Shown here piece after piece: positions 37,310 through 48,944 of a stretch of 64,000 bases of DNA. Each line of letters starts with the position of its first letter. The first letter of the stretch is position 1. Origin of the DNA: Paraspadella gotoi (Eukaryota; Animalia; Chaetognatha); NCBI GenBank assembly GCA_051294375.1, contig CM119269.1, positions 4,729,046 through 4,793,045 of the forward strand, in the 5' to 3' direction. The position numbers and the translations under genes are program-made. The notes below the pieces were generated by a model. That model saw only the letters and a program-made list of their open reading frames with translations. It ran no database searches and was not told the DNA's origin.

Positions 37310-39890
37310 TTTGGAAGAGCTAAAGGGGGCAAAATCGGACCAGTCTCCGCGTTGGAAGGGTGGAAGTGAAACAAAGGTTGGTGAGCGGTGAAGGTTGTTT
37401 ATGTCGTCGTCGTCGATGTCGTCGTCGGCGGCGACAGTTCTATTTCTCAATTGTGTCGTCGTTGCGAAAGAGAAAACGCGAGGAGTTCGTTGTCCAGCGA
37501 TTCTTTTTGTCTCTCGCCGAAAGATGGCGTTGCGACGCCGGAAAAAGATGCCAAATACGCCGGTTAAACGAGCGGAGTCGAAAAAGAAAGACTTTGGGCG
37601 AGTGAATCGTGAGGTAAGGGAAATGGCTTCACGTGCCGGTGAGTTTGTCGAGATTCCGTTCCCCTTTTTCGAAGAAAATTTCACCGAGATAAGAACGTGG
37701 TAAAGTAAGTTCGGGCGGTCGAAGAATCCCGCGGATAAGTTCCGCCGGACGGTGCTGTTCACGAACGCAGCAGCCTCGGGTGAGTGACGCCTTCGACCGC
37801 GGGGGTAAGGTCGTGAATCACGCATCGAGGAAACGTCGCGTCGGAGGCGGAGGCGGACGCGAAGGAGGCGGAAGCGCGACCGACGCTGACTGACGTTTAA
37901 AGTCGCCGTAAAACGCGGGGACGCGAAAAATGGCGAGAAGGGAAGGAGAGAGAGAGGAAAGGACGGAGAGGGGGAAGAGAGAGGAAGCGTTGGTAGAAAG
38001 TAAAAGTTTCTCTCTTTCCAACTTCGTCTCTGGAACGGTGAGAAAGACAGAGAGCGAGACGGCGTCCGAGTAGGCGCCCGACGCCGCATTGGCGGACCCG
38101 GCGTCGCCGTCGAATATACGAATTGGCGGCGTCGTCGGCGTCGGCCGAGTCGGCCTCGTGGAAAGACGATGGCGAAAACGAAAAAGTTTCGATTCCATTT
38201 TTGGCGACGAAATAAAATAAAATTTGAGACGAAAAATTCCATCGAAGCCGCCGACGAAAACGACGACGACGAAAACGACGACGACGACGCCAGCTCAGAA
38301 TTTGAAATTTTTGATTTCCGGATTATTTCCGGAACGAGTCCCGAAGCCGCGAGAAATTCCGGCACGAATTTCCGGCGAGCAACGCCTCTCCTTCTCGTCT
38401 TCTTCACTTTCCTCCTCTTCTTCCTATCTTTCTCCTTCTTCTCCTTCTTCGTTGCGTCGCGAAAGAAGAAGAAGAAGCGAGGGGCGAAAAATCGAGCGGA
38501 AATGGGGCGTGGCCGGCGAGGGAGGGAGGGAGGCGAGGGAGAAGGAGGAGGAGGAGGAGGAGGGGAGATTCCTCCGGGGAATAAAAGGATCGCGAGAAAC
38601 GACGGACGGTCGTTGTTGTTGTTGTTTCCGTTGTCGTTGTTGTTGGCGTAGATTTTGTTTTGTTTCCGACGACGTTCGTCCTCGTCGCTGTCGTTTTGTT
38701 TTTCGCCGTCGTCGTTGTCGAATCCCAGCCTCGTTCTCGATCCGTCGTCGTCGTGGTCGTTGTTGTTTGCGTCCTGCTGCGAGAAATCGACAACAATGAC
38801 GAGAGGCGATATTTTCCTCTCGTCGTAGTCTTCGTCGTCGTCGTCGTCATCGTCGTTGTCCGCTCGGACGTCAACAAAACCGGTCGAGATGTTTTCCCAA
38901 TTGAGAGGACGCGTCCGGTGGAGAAGGACCGGCGATGATGTTTCCTCGATTCTGTTTGCGTTGTCTTCGTCGTCGTCGTCGTCGTCCTCGTCGTTGTTTT
39001 CGGCGTCTTCGTCGATCCGCCTCCTAATCAGGGGAACAGTCGTCGTCGTCGTCGTTATCGTCGTCTCTTCTTTGTTGCCAATTTTCGCCAAGCGCTTCTG
39101 CCTCGCTTCTTTCTTCGCTGTCCTCCCTTTCCTTTCCTCCGTCGCGTCTCTTCTCTCCCTCTCTTCTTTCCTCCCCTCTCTCTCCTCGGTCCTCGATCTC
39201 CCTTTCCTTTCCTCCGTCGACCGAAATCCTTTTTTCTCTAATTTCTTTTCTCTTTCCTCTCTTTTCTTCTTCCTACATTTTCCAGATTTCTGCGTCTTTC
39301 GCTTTTCTTCATCCGTCCCTTCTCCTCTTGTTTTCTCCTCCTTCTTTTCCATCTCTCCTTCCTCCCTTTCCTCCCTTTCTTCCTCCCCTCCCTCTTCTCT
39401 CTCCTCCCGCGCATCTATCATTCCATCTCGAGCAACTCGGCTTGACCTTTGCCTTAACAAATGAGAGTCGCCCGGCCAAGACTTTGTCGATACGTCGTCG
39501 TCGTCGTCGTCTTCATCGTCTTCGTCTTTTTCGTCGTCGTCCCGAGAGAGACTGACGACAAGCGCCGGGGTTTTGGGGATTTCTATTTTTCCCTCGGCGT
39601 CGTCTTCGTTTTCGGCGTCGTCGGCGTCATGGCGCTCGCTCGCCACGCCCCTCGACGCTTTCCCGCGGGCGTTGACGTTTCCAGGTGGCGATGAGGACGC
39701 CGAGTCATCGCCGCCTCGAACGAGCGGCCCTTTTTCCGAATTCCGGCTATTTTCGGCCCCTCGGGGGTCATCCGTGACTCCCCCGGAGGAATCGCTTTCG
39801 GGCGAGAGGCAACCCTTAACCCTTCGCTCCTCTTCTCCCTCTAACGCTTTCTCCTCTTGAATACTTAAAGAAGATTCAATTACAGAATTC
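35689..39890 (-). CDS. Giant (4202-nt) stop-free exon: low-complexity D/E/R/S-rich region ending in a signal-peptide-like stretch and the first strand of an Ig domain (Ig gene 'exon 1')
   Basis: The supplied 1342-aa ORF extends upstream in frame to the acceptor tttttttatcattag|G AAT TCT (39890). It ends ...SLLRTVLLLSMVGAPTSDAIETVYRKTAVLE-G at the donor AG|gtgagg (35688), phase 1. About 1400 codons have no stop, while the ORFs listed in the other frames here reach only ~60-210 codons. Confidence 0.6.
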
Positions 39891-39990
39891 CTAATGATAA
39901 AAAAATGTTTAATTCTGAGTAGCCTTTTCCCTCAAATCCCATGGAACCCATCCTTCTCCATCCCATCGACTCAACCCACCCCCCACCCAC

Positions 39991-40156
39991 CTGTATCTGT
40001 TCTCCCCCAGATGGCGGAAGTGATACTTGTCCAGATCGACGGTTCCATCGTAAGGTGAGTCTCCCTGCGAGAGAAACCGGATGCCCTGAAACCCCGCCGT
40101 CTCTTTGATCCAGACGGCGGGAGTGGAGGAGCGACACTCGAACGCCACCGTCGCGC
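39991..40156 (-). CDS. Ig-superfamily exon ('exon 2'): first half of a V/I-set domain
   Basis: cctccag|GC ... TAC AG|gtgggt. Encodes (G)ATVAFECRSSTPAVWIKETAGFQGIRFLSQGDSPYDGTVDLDKYHFRHLGENRY(R), with the B-strand Cys and C-strand Trp. Phase 1 start, phase 2 end. Confidence 0.8.
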
Positions 40157-40428
40157 CTGGAGGGTGGACGGGTGGAATCGGAGGGTGGAATGGGGGTTGA
40201 AAGAGGTGGTCGTGGGAGGAAGTGGACGAAGAAGGGAGAATAGGGAAATGAATTGGAGGGAAAGAAGGGGGAAAGGGAAAAAAGGGAAAGAAGGGGGAAA
40301 ATGGAAACAAGGGAAAAGGACAGGGAGGAAATGTGGGGAGGAGAGAGAAGTGTGAAAAAGGGAAAGGAAAGGAGAGAAAATTAAATAAACTGTTAAATAA
40401 AGAAACTAAACTAAACTAAACTACACAG

Positions 40429-41033
40429 TAGAGCGTAGTGAAAGTTACGTACGGAAATTCTAAAAGTCAATTATGAACAACATACCATCAGTGAACATTA
40501 ATTTGTAAAAAAAAAAGAATTTTATGTTTTTTAATTTTCGCAGTAAGCTATATTTATATATAGTACAATCCTTATAAATCGAAAAATTTCAAAATAGGCT
40601 TTTCTTAATTTTGATTGCAGATTTGAATTCCTTGTCAAAAGTTGCTAAAGAAAATATAAATCATTTTTTAAAAATTCTTTCATTAAGTGGTTAAAATTTA
40701 AAAAAACTATATTTAATAAATAAAAAATTAATTTTCAGCTTAAAATATAGCTTTTTTTATTTTTGACCCACTTAATAAAGGATTTTTTCAAAAATATTTC
40801 TTTTTAACAACTTTTTATGACAAATCCAAATCTGCAAAAAAATCTTAGAAAAAACTGTTTTGAAATTTTAACATTTATTGGATTAGTACTAGTATAAATA
40901 TGGCCTACTGCGTAAATTGTAAAATTTATTATAAATTTCTTTATTACATAAATTTTTCATTAGTATAAATGTGTTCATTCCTCACTTTTAAAATTGTAAT
41001 TAAAGTTAAATTTAGAAATTTTACTACGCCTTA
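40429..41033. mobile_element. Palindromic hAT-like non-autonomous element (MITE) with 8-bp TSD CTACACAG
   Basis: ctacacag at 40421-40428 and 41034-41041. TIRs TAGAGCGTAGTGAAA / TTTTACTACGCCTTA. Internal inverted matches (cgcagtaagctatatttata vs tataaatatggcctactgcg; attaagtggttaaaa vs tttgacccacttaat). A deleted relative lies in block A (about 7140-7327). Confidence 0.72.
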
Positions 41034-41323
41034 CTACACAGCCTTCGACTTCGTGGACCGTTTCAAGGTTCAGAATATTTTTATATGGTATTGCTTTGTT
41101 TAAATCCAAATTAAATTCTTATTTTTGTTCTAAAACTTTAGCGTTTGCACTTGGTAGCTTAGAAAGCCTAAAAAGCATTTGAGTTCGTTCAATTTAAGCT
41201 ACATAAGTTGTTTGATTTTTAATTATTTAATCATGTTCATTCCATCCTTTTATGTTTTTCCTTTCCAACTCACCCACGTCTTTGCCACCAACTTTTTTTC
41301 TGGCTTCCGGTCGCCTCACCCAC

Positions 41324-41373
41324 CTGAACAATCGCAGGCCTTTGCTAATCTCGGTGATAAAGACGATGGCAAA

Positions 41374-41405
<32 letters not shown>

Positions 41406-41438
41406 AGACGACGACGACGACGACAGACATTAAATCCC
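41324..41438 (-). CDS. Possible hydrophobic poly-Val exon (signal anchor/TM-like)
   Basis: gaccag|GG GAT TTA ATG TCT (GTC)n ... TTC AG|gtgggt gives DLMSVVVVVVFVVVVVVVVVVFAIVFITEISKGLRLF(R). It uses the same gtgggt donor as two Ig exons, but (GAC)n tracts are common non-coding DNA in this window. Confidence 0.25.
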
Positions 41439-42019
41439 CTGGTCGATTGACTATCTTCCGACACGTCCGAAATTCCTTTGCAATTTGCCTCCATCCCCTT
41501 CATATCTTTCTCTCACTTTCCATCTTCTATTTTCCCGATATATTTTCCTAATACATCTTTTCTCTCTTTCCATTTTCCCACCCTCCTTCCATCCATCACC
41601 TTTTCCTTACTCCCCCTCCCCCAGAAAAAAAAAAGAAAATCCCGTTCCGTGATATGCGTGTCTCCGTCATTCAAACTGCTGACGAAATGTAAAATCCCTT
41701 CGGTCGCCACCTGAGAAACTAAAAAGCTCTCCCCCCCCAGCCCTACCCCCACCGCCTCCGCTTCCTTTTCATACCCAAAAAGAAAAAAACTTTTCATCCT
41801 AAAATTTTTTTTTAACTTACCCTCCGGTTCCTCGCCCATTTCCTTCTGTTCCCCCCCCCGAATTCTCCGAGGCCCTTTATATCTCCACATGCCCACCCCA
41901 CTCCCGTCCCATATTTTTTTTTTCTAATCCAATTTCCAATCTTCGTGAGTTTAATTTTTCTTTTCGAGCTCTCTCTCTTTCTATCTCTCTTTAAAACTCT
42001 CTCTTTCACTATAATCTCT

Positions 42020-42097
<78 letters not shown>

Positions 42098-42103
42098 CTC
42101 CTC

Positions 42104-42138
<35 letters not shown>

Positions 42139-42259
42139 TATGCTCTCTCGCTCTCTGCGTCTTCTATCCCCCCGGACTGTCCCTCTCGTCTGTCGCGCCT
42201 TCGCTGTCTCCGCGTTGTTTCCTTAGAGACGGATTTCATCGCCTAGCAACCGACGATAA

Positions 42260-42493
42260 TGGCGGGAAACGGCAATCAGGGAATTCAAACGAGATCTTGA
42301 ACGATGTTGGCGCGAAGGAGGCAGAGAGAGAGAGTTGGGATTGTTTGGCGCGAAGGAGAGCATATATATAGAGATGTGATTGGTTGGCGTAAAATAAATG
42401 AGACGCGTGCTTGGTTTAGCAAGTGAGGCATGACGGTCGCGATTTCTTGGCGCGAAGGAGAGCAAGCGGAATGTTCTCGGTTGGCGGGGGAAA
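42260..42493 (+). promoter_or_regulatory. Cluster of E2F-like motifs with a CCAAT box
   Basis: tggcgggaaa (42260), ttggcgcgaa three times (42307, 42345, 42447), ttggcgggggaaa (42481), attgg (42379). Motif match only. Confidence 0.3.
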
Positions 42494-43044
42494 CCAAGCA
42501 AATGGGATCGGCGTGCACACTGCACTGCACACTGTTGCAGTACACTGCACAATGCACACTGCAAAAACGGTGCAATACTCTTCAAGATCGTCGATTGCTA
42601 TAGCAACGGATCTAAACTGATTTTGATGACAAAAGATTTTCGATTACAGATTTTAATGAAAAGTTTGAGGTCACGAGCAGACTCTAAGGTGGGTTTTTGC
42701 TGTTTAGGTCTTTTTTTTTTAAACAAAACTTTTGTTGTAGCGAATTAATCAAGTACTTTTTAAATAATGGTCGGGAATGGAGACCGCTTTATGGTGGTTT
42801 AAGAAAAAAAGCAAGGAGTATGAAGTGGAGAGAAGGAAGAGGAGGAGAAGGAGGAGGAGAAGGAAGAAGAAGCAAGAAGAAAAAGAAAAAAGGAAGAAGG
42901 GTGGAAACAACTGAAAAGGGTTTGGCGAAGCCTCGTCTCAAAAGAAGAATAAGAATTAAAAAAAAAAAAAAAGCGAAAAGGAAATTAGAGACGAGGGAGA
43001 AATTATGAAGAACGTGAGAAGAGAAGAGATGAAAAGAAGAAAGA

Positions 43045-43300
43045 AAAAAGGATTAAAGAAGAAAATAGAGATGAAGAAAAAGAAAAAGGACATAGAATGA
43101 ACCGTCGGAAGAAGAAGAAGAAGAAATAAAAAAGGGATTAAAGAAGAAAGTAGATATGAAGAAAAAGAAAAAGGACATAGAATGAACCGTCGGAAGAAGA
43201 AGAAGAAGAAGAAATAAAAAAGAATTAAAGAAGAAAATAGAGATGAAGAAAAAGAAAAAGGACATAGAATGAACCGTCCGAAGAAGCAGAAGAAATAAAA
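43045..43300 (+). repeat. ~85-88-bp purine-rich tandem repeat, 3 units
   Basis: attaaagaagaaa...aaaggacatagaatgaaccgtcggaagaag recurs at about 43052, 43137 and 43225. Confidence 0.85.
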
Positions 43301-44168
43301 AAAAAGGGAAAAGTCATTCGAGGAAAGGGGGAGGGGGGAAGAAAAGAAAGAAAAAAGAAAAGAAAGAAATAGGGGAGAGACGAAATACGAATTTTAATTA
43401 TTACGAAGCAGAGTCGATATCAAAGACGGAGATCGGTCGCGTGGAAGCGATTCTCTTTATTGCGATGTTGAAATGATGAAATTTAACAAATGAACGAATA
43501 AAAAGATAAATAAAGTAGTACTTTAATAGATTAATGGATTTCTTTGCTGTAGGAGAAAAAAATATACTATCTGAATTAGTTCTTAAAAATCTATATTTTA
43601 ATTTTTTTTTTTTCATTTCCGATGCAATGATAAATATTTGAATGCCTTATTATGCTTCAGTAATTTTATTAGTACAAATCAATTAAGTAAATAAATGACG
43701 CCAAAANNNNNNNNNNNNNNNNNNNNNNNNNNNNNNNNNNNNNNNNNNNNNNNNNNNNNNNNNNNNNNNNNNNNNNNNNNNNNNNNNNNNNNNNNNNNNN
43801 NNNNNNNNNNNNNNNNNNNNNNNNNNNNNNNNNNNNNNNNNNNNNNNNNNNNNNNNNNNNNNNNNNNNNNNNNNNNNNNNNNNNNNNNNNNNNNNNNNNN
43901 NNNNNNNNNNNNNNNNNNNNNNNNNNNNNNNNNNNNNNNNNNNNNNNNNNNNNNNNNNNNNNNNNNNNNNNNNNNNNNNNNNNNNNNNNNNNNNNNNNNN
44001 NNNNNNNNNNNNNNNNNNNNNNNNNNNNNNNNNNNNNNNNNNNNNNNNNNNNNNNNNNNNNNNNNNNNNNNNNNNNNNNNNNNNNNNNNNNNNNNNNNNN
44101 NNNNNNNNNNNNNNNNNNNNNNNNNNNNNNNNNNNNNNNNNNNNNNNNNNNNNNNNNNNNNNNNNNNN

Positions 44169-44199
<31 letters not shown>

Positions 44200-46243
44200 G
44201 CCGAAAGCAGGTTGTTTCAAAATAGGACGCCATAAAAAGCCAACTGGAAAAGCGTTTGGTGGCTTGTTGGGGTAGGGAGAAAAATGCGTGAGAGAGAGAT
44301 AGAGAAAGGATATGAGAGAGAGAGACTGGGAGATAGAGAATGAGACAGAGAGACAGAGAACATGAGGGAGGGGAAACTGAGAGATAGAGATTGAGACAGA
44401 AGGGGAATCGGGACACACAAATTTCCTGAAAACGAAAACGATCATAGTGAGAGCCTGAGATGTAGAGAGGAAAACGAGTCAGAGGTGGAGATAGAGAGAG
44501 AAGAAAATTGGATAGAAAAGTCGAGGAGAGAGAAAGTGTGAAAGAAAAGAAGAGAACAGGAGTAGGGGAGAGAAAGGATAATGACCTCATCGACTCGTCA
44601 ACCTGAGAGCGACTGGGAGATTACGAGAACATGATCCTCTGGACAGACTGGCAGACACTGCTGAACATTTTCTATCGGTGTCTCCTACCTTTTCTTCTGT
44701 GTTTTCTTTCTCTTACTACTTTTCGCTTTTCTTTTCGTGTCTCTTGCGTCTGTGAATATCTCTTCTCACCTCCTCTGACTCTGAGAGTTATTGAGATTGA
44801 GACTCCAAGTCCTCTCCTTCTCCTCTTCCTCTTCCTCATCCTCTACAGGGGGAATCGGGACATCACCACAATTCAATTTTTCCTGAAAACCCTCTGATAA
44901 GTCATCGACCGACCTCTACTACTTCCTCCGTCGTGAGAGCTCTGCTGCAATCTGCTTACTGCCCTTAGCGAGAGTAAACACGACGTCCAGAGGTGGACTC
45001 TCCCTGATACGATCCTCTCCCTCTCTTCTGAAGTATTCGTCTTCTCACGATACTGCTTCGAAATACTTTTTGCTGAGTATCTTTTCAGTCACTACAATCC
45101 TCTCCCGTCGAGAGAGAAGTGTTTGATTAAGACAAGACACCTTGAGAACTCAGTCATCTGCGTTTTAGGGTCCGGAATATAACTAAACATGAAATGGCCG
45201 CGGTTGACAAATGTCCCCCTGGTGAAAAAATTGGGCGTAACGATGTTTGATGGAACATTATTTAAGCCCAAAAGACCAAATAAAAAAGAAAAAAAGGATC
45301 ACGCTTCTGGAAGGAGCCAATGAAGAAGAAGGAAACTCCATCGGGCCTACCTGAGAGATTAAAAGAAGAAACAGAGCAGAAACAGGATGAAAAGGGAGAG
45401 AGACGTAGAGAAGAGAAGCAGAACAGAGGAGAATACCACGCCGCGACTTGTTTGCATAATCGCGCATTTGACGAACGCGTTTGCATAACGATCACTCCCT
45501 CGTGAGGGTTTGCGTTCAAAAGCCCGCTAAGGATGTCCAAGTAGAAGAGATGGCGAGTATTTCCTTGCCCTCCGAACTTTCGAAGAGTGAAGGCGTTTTA
45601 TCATGTGTGCACTAGGCTACATCGCTGAGCGAACGGCAGAGTGGAAAGAGAGTAGAAAGCGTATTCAGAGAACACTTCGAGAAAGCTTACTTTGTATATC
45701 GTGTCCCGATTGATAGAGTTTTTCTGGGTTCGGCCTTGGCGACAAGAACGAAAATAGAAACCACAATGGCTCGATTTAATAAATGAAACCCAGAAGGTTG
45801 TACAATTGTGGAATTGAAGGCTTACATGTAGTAGATGGGATAAGGATAGCAACGCAATAACTCGCTGACGTTGATAGAAGAAGAATGAGAGAGAAGAGAT
45901 GAGCAATAGGAAGATGGAGAGAGACGAGGAAGAAGAAGAGATGGATAGAAGAGAGAGAGAGACGATATAATAGAATTGTAAAGAAAAAAATCCTTTCTGC
46001 TTAAAACTAGAGATCTACACCCATTGCAACACGGCCAGGTGGGGCTTCACGACACGCGAGAGACGAGAGAGAAGGAGAGAAACAAGATTTGCGAGGAATC
46101 TTGCATTTAAATTGACCGTTAACGTTCGGACGTTGCTTTTTCAGGCTTAAGGCACGAAGCGGTACAAGCTTTCGCGACTGCATCTATATGCTCTGCCTCT
46201 GTTTGCTATTCAATTTCCAATCCCCTCCTCTCTCATCTCTCTC

Positions 46244-46329
<86 letters not shown>

Positions 46330-47645
46330 GCTCTCTCTATCCTCTCTCGCTCTCTTCTTTTCATTGTTTATCTCCCAATAATTTTTTGCATTTCTTTATA
46401 TTTATAAATTTATTTCGACAATATTTCCAAAGGTCGATTAGTAAACAAAAATATTTGTTATCCAAATCTGACGAGAACGGCTTCACTCGTAGCGATAGAT
46501 TGAAAATTGTAAAAAACCCTGTAAAGTTTTATTTTCGGAGCGAAGGCTTGAGTAAAATAAAAAAAAAACGAAAATAAACGAAAATGCGGCATAAATAAAA
46601 ACATTTCCTGGGAGGCGACGCAAGCGTGGCGTCTCGTCGGCTTCGACGATTGCGTCACGTCAGCGACGCGAGACTCGAATTGCATTTCCTGTCTGGTGCC
46701 CATTTGCTGAAGCTCCGTTAGGGTGCTATCGCCCCGACTTTAGGCCAAAAGTAATTAAATGATTCCACGTTTGGAGAAATTTTGACAAGAGATTATGCCT
46801 CAAAGATGCTGAAACATTGAAAAAAAAAGTTTAAAAAAAGTAGGCTTGTAGTTAATCCGAAAATATCCGTTTTTATTGAAATCTAACAGCGGCTTGTTGT
46901 TAGAATGAATTATATTGGAAACCTCTTCATTTTTTCTCCGCCTACCCCACGCAAAAAAGACTAGTAAGTTTCCAACGCAAAACGCTTTTATTTCCAAGTT
47001 GGCTTTTTATGGCGTCTGATTAAAGTTAAGTCAGAGTAAACGTTTTGGAAATAGCAAATCCCTCCTGCTTTTCGGCCTTTCCTGCTCTCTCCGAAAAATC
47101 GGATCACATTGCGTGACATGAACAATCTCTCACGGGCTGTTCTCCTGAAGCTCCATCCCCTCCGCTTCTGACCGTCTGATCCCTCTGCGCACTAATTCGG
47201 CATCATCTCGCGAAAGCATAAAATCCTCACCAAAACAAAACGAGCTCTGTTACTGGTTTTTCTTACCGCGAGTGACAAAGGCCAAAGAATCTTCCGGCAA
47301 TTCGTCCTTCCAGGTTGAATGGCGTGAATAAGTCGTCACTCATTCGATTCCCTCTCTCTCTGCTCGTCCCGCAGGCGCAAAAATCGGTCCTGGACAAACG
47401 GCCCAAATCTCAGCTCGATGAGTCGTTCACGTCCAATGGTCAACCCGTTAGCGGAAGGTTTTTCCTTCAGACGATCGATAGAAAGCATCTCATAATTCGC
47501 GTCGGAATATCTCGACGTGCAGGCCTTGAAGGGATTTTTTGGGGCACGTTTAAACCGAAATCGCGCAGATTTGGCAAACGCGTGCTGACTAAGTAGCTAA
47601 ATTTAAAGGAAGAGAAAGGAGAGAGAAGGAGAAGAGAGAGAGAGA

Positions 47646-47676
<31 letters not shown>

Positions 47677-47843
47677 GNNNNNNNNNNNNNNNNNNNNNNN
47701 NNTCAAGCTAACATCAGCGGTCATACCTCTGGACAACTCAGCTCCCATCCCCTAACGCACCTTAAGACAGCTTGATCACTCACTCCGCCACAACCATCCA
47801 CCCTTCTTCCTTCAAACCACCCTTCTTGCATCCCCCTACCCAC

Positions 47844-48049
47844 CTTGGGGCAGTGCAGTCTGGGCCTGAACCGCACGTCCAAAGTGCCGCATTCCGTGTA
47901 GGGCAGGGAGTGGCTCCGGTTCCAGTGATCGTGATGGGAGATCTCGCAACCAAGCTGCTTGTCGTGATCCTTGTAGCTTGGCACGAGGTTGAGAACGTTC
48001 ACTGTTCGGTTCTTGTTGGTTCGGGGGTGGCCGAGACGGGGCTCTCCGC
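47844..48049 (-). CDS. Ig-superfamily exon ('exon 4'): second half of a C2/CD80-like domain
   Basis: cctcccag|GC ... AAG|gtgggt. Encodes (G)GEPRLGHPRTNKNRTVNVLNLVPSYKDHDKQLGCEISHHDHWNRSHSLPYTECGTLDVRFRPRLHCPK, with the LxLxPxxxDxxxxLxCxxxH motif. Its phase 1 start matches the end of exon 3. Confidence 0.82.
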
Positions 48050-48196
48050 CTGGGAGGAATTGGAAGGGGGTTTAATGCAGTGGTGGGCATTTAAAAAGTA
48101 TGTATTTATTGTATTAGTTTAGTCATTTTGGAATGGTAAATAAATATCTTATCAAAAAATGTTTAATCGATACGGAATTGAGTAACGCATTGAGTA

Positions 48197-48282
<86 letters not shown>

Positions 48283-48944
48283 GATTAATACGTTTAACGG
48301 CGTTCCTTGACTCTGGTCATTCCATCACACCATCCCTCCGTCGTTCCATGTATCCGTCCGTTAATCCGTTCCCCTTAGCCTCGCTCCGCGCTCCCGTCTT
48401 GATTTATTCTCCCTTTTATTGCGAGACTTTTTTTTTAATCTCAAACCCTACGTACGCGTGCGATTCGTTTTGAAAAAAAAAATTTAAATGCTTTTATCGA
48501 ATCGAGGTGAGACGAGAAGAAGCATAAAATTAATTCATTCGTTTAATTATTCTTTCATCTCATTTTTTTTATTTATTTATTCTTTCGTTTAAATAATCAT
48601 ACATTCACGAATGCATTGATTCCTTTACTTATGTCAAAATTTGTTGGCACCTTCCTTCTCTCACTAATCCTCTGGTTCAATCTTCTATTAATTCTCTGAC
48701 TCTGTGCATCATTTATTCTCATTCATATTTTCATTCATTTATACATTTTTTTTTCATTCACTCATTCATTCTCTTATTCAGTGGATCATTTATTCTCATT
48801 CATTTTTTCATTCATTCATACATACTTTTTCATTCGCTCATTAAATTCCTAGTTCATTCAGTCATTCCCTAGTTTATCTTCTAATTCATTCATTCACTAA
48901 ATCCCACATTCTGTCATTCAGCCACTCGCCCTATTTGAACTTAC

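Noticed and set aside
36122-39860. Plus-strand ORFs of 75-211 aa overlapping the giant exon
   Set aside because: They are antisense shadows of the stop-poor, low-complexity minus-strand frame, with no splice or homology support.
43045-43300. CRISPR-like periodic repeat
   Set aside because: The units repeat in full with no unique spacers; eukaryotic context and no cas genes.
43669-44590. Long ORFs containing X runs (also 59610-60128, 62769-63566)
   Set aside because: They are artefacts of N-gaps (43707-44168, 59677-59942, 62859-63461).
45262-45600. Peptide with an NANP motif as a candidate Ig3 exon
   Set aside because: It lacks the Cys/Trp spacing and credible splice sites, and the surrounding sequence looks noisy.
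47267-47596. Possible minus-strand exon (acceptor near 47597, gtaag donor near 47266)
   Set aside because: No single frame stays open between the sites, no recognisable domain, and it is separated from Ig exon 4 by a gap.
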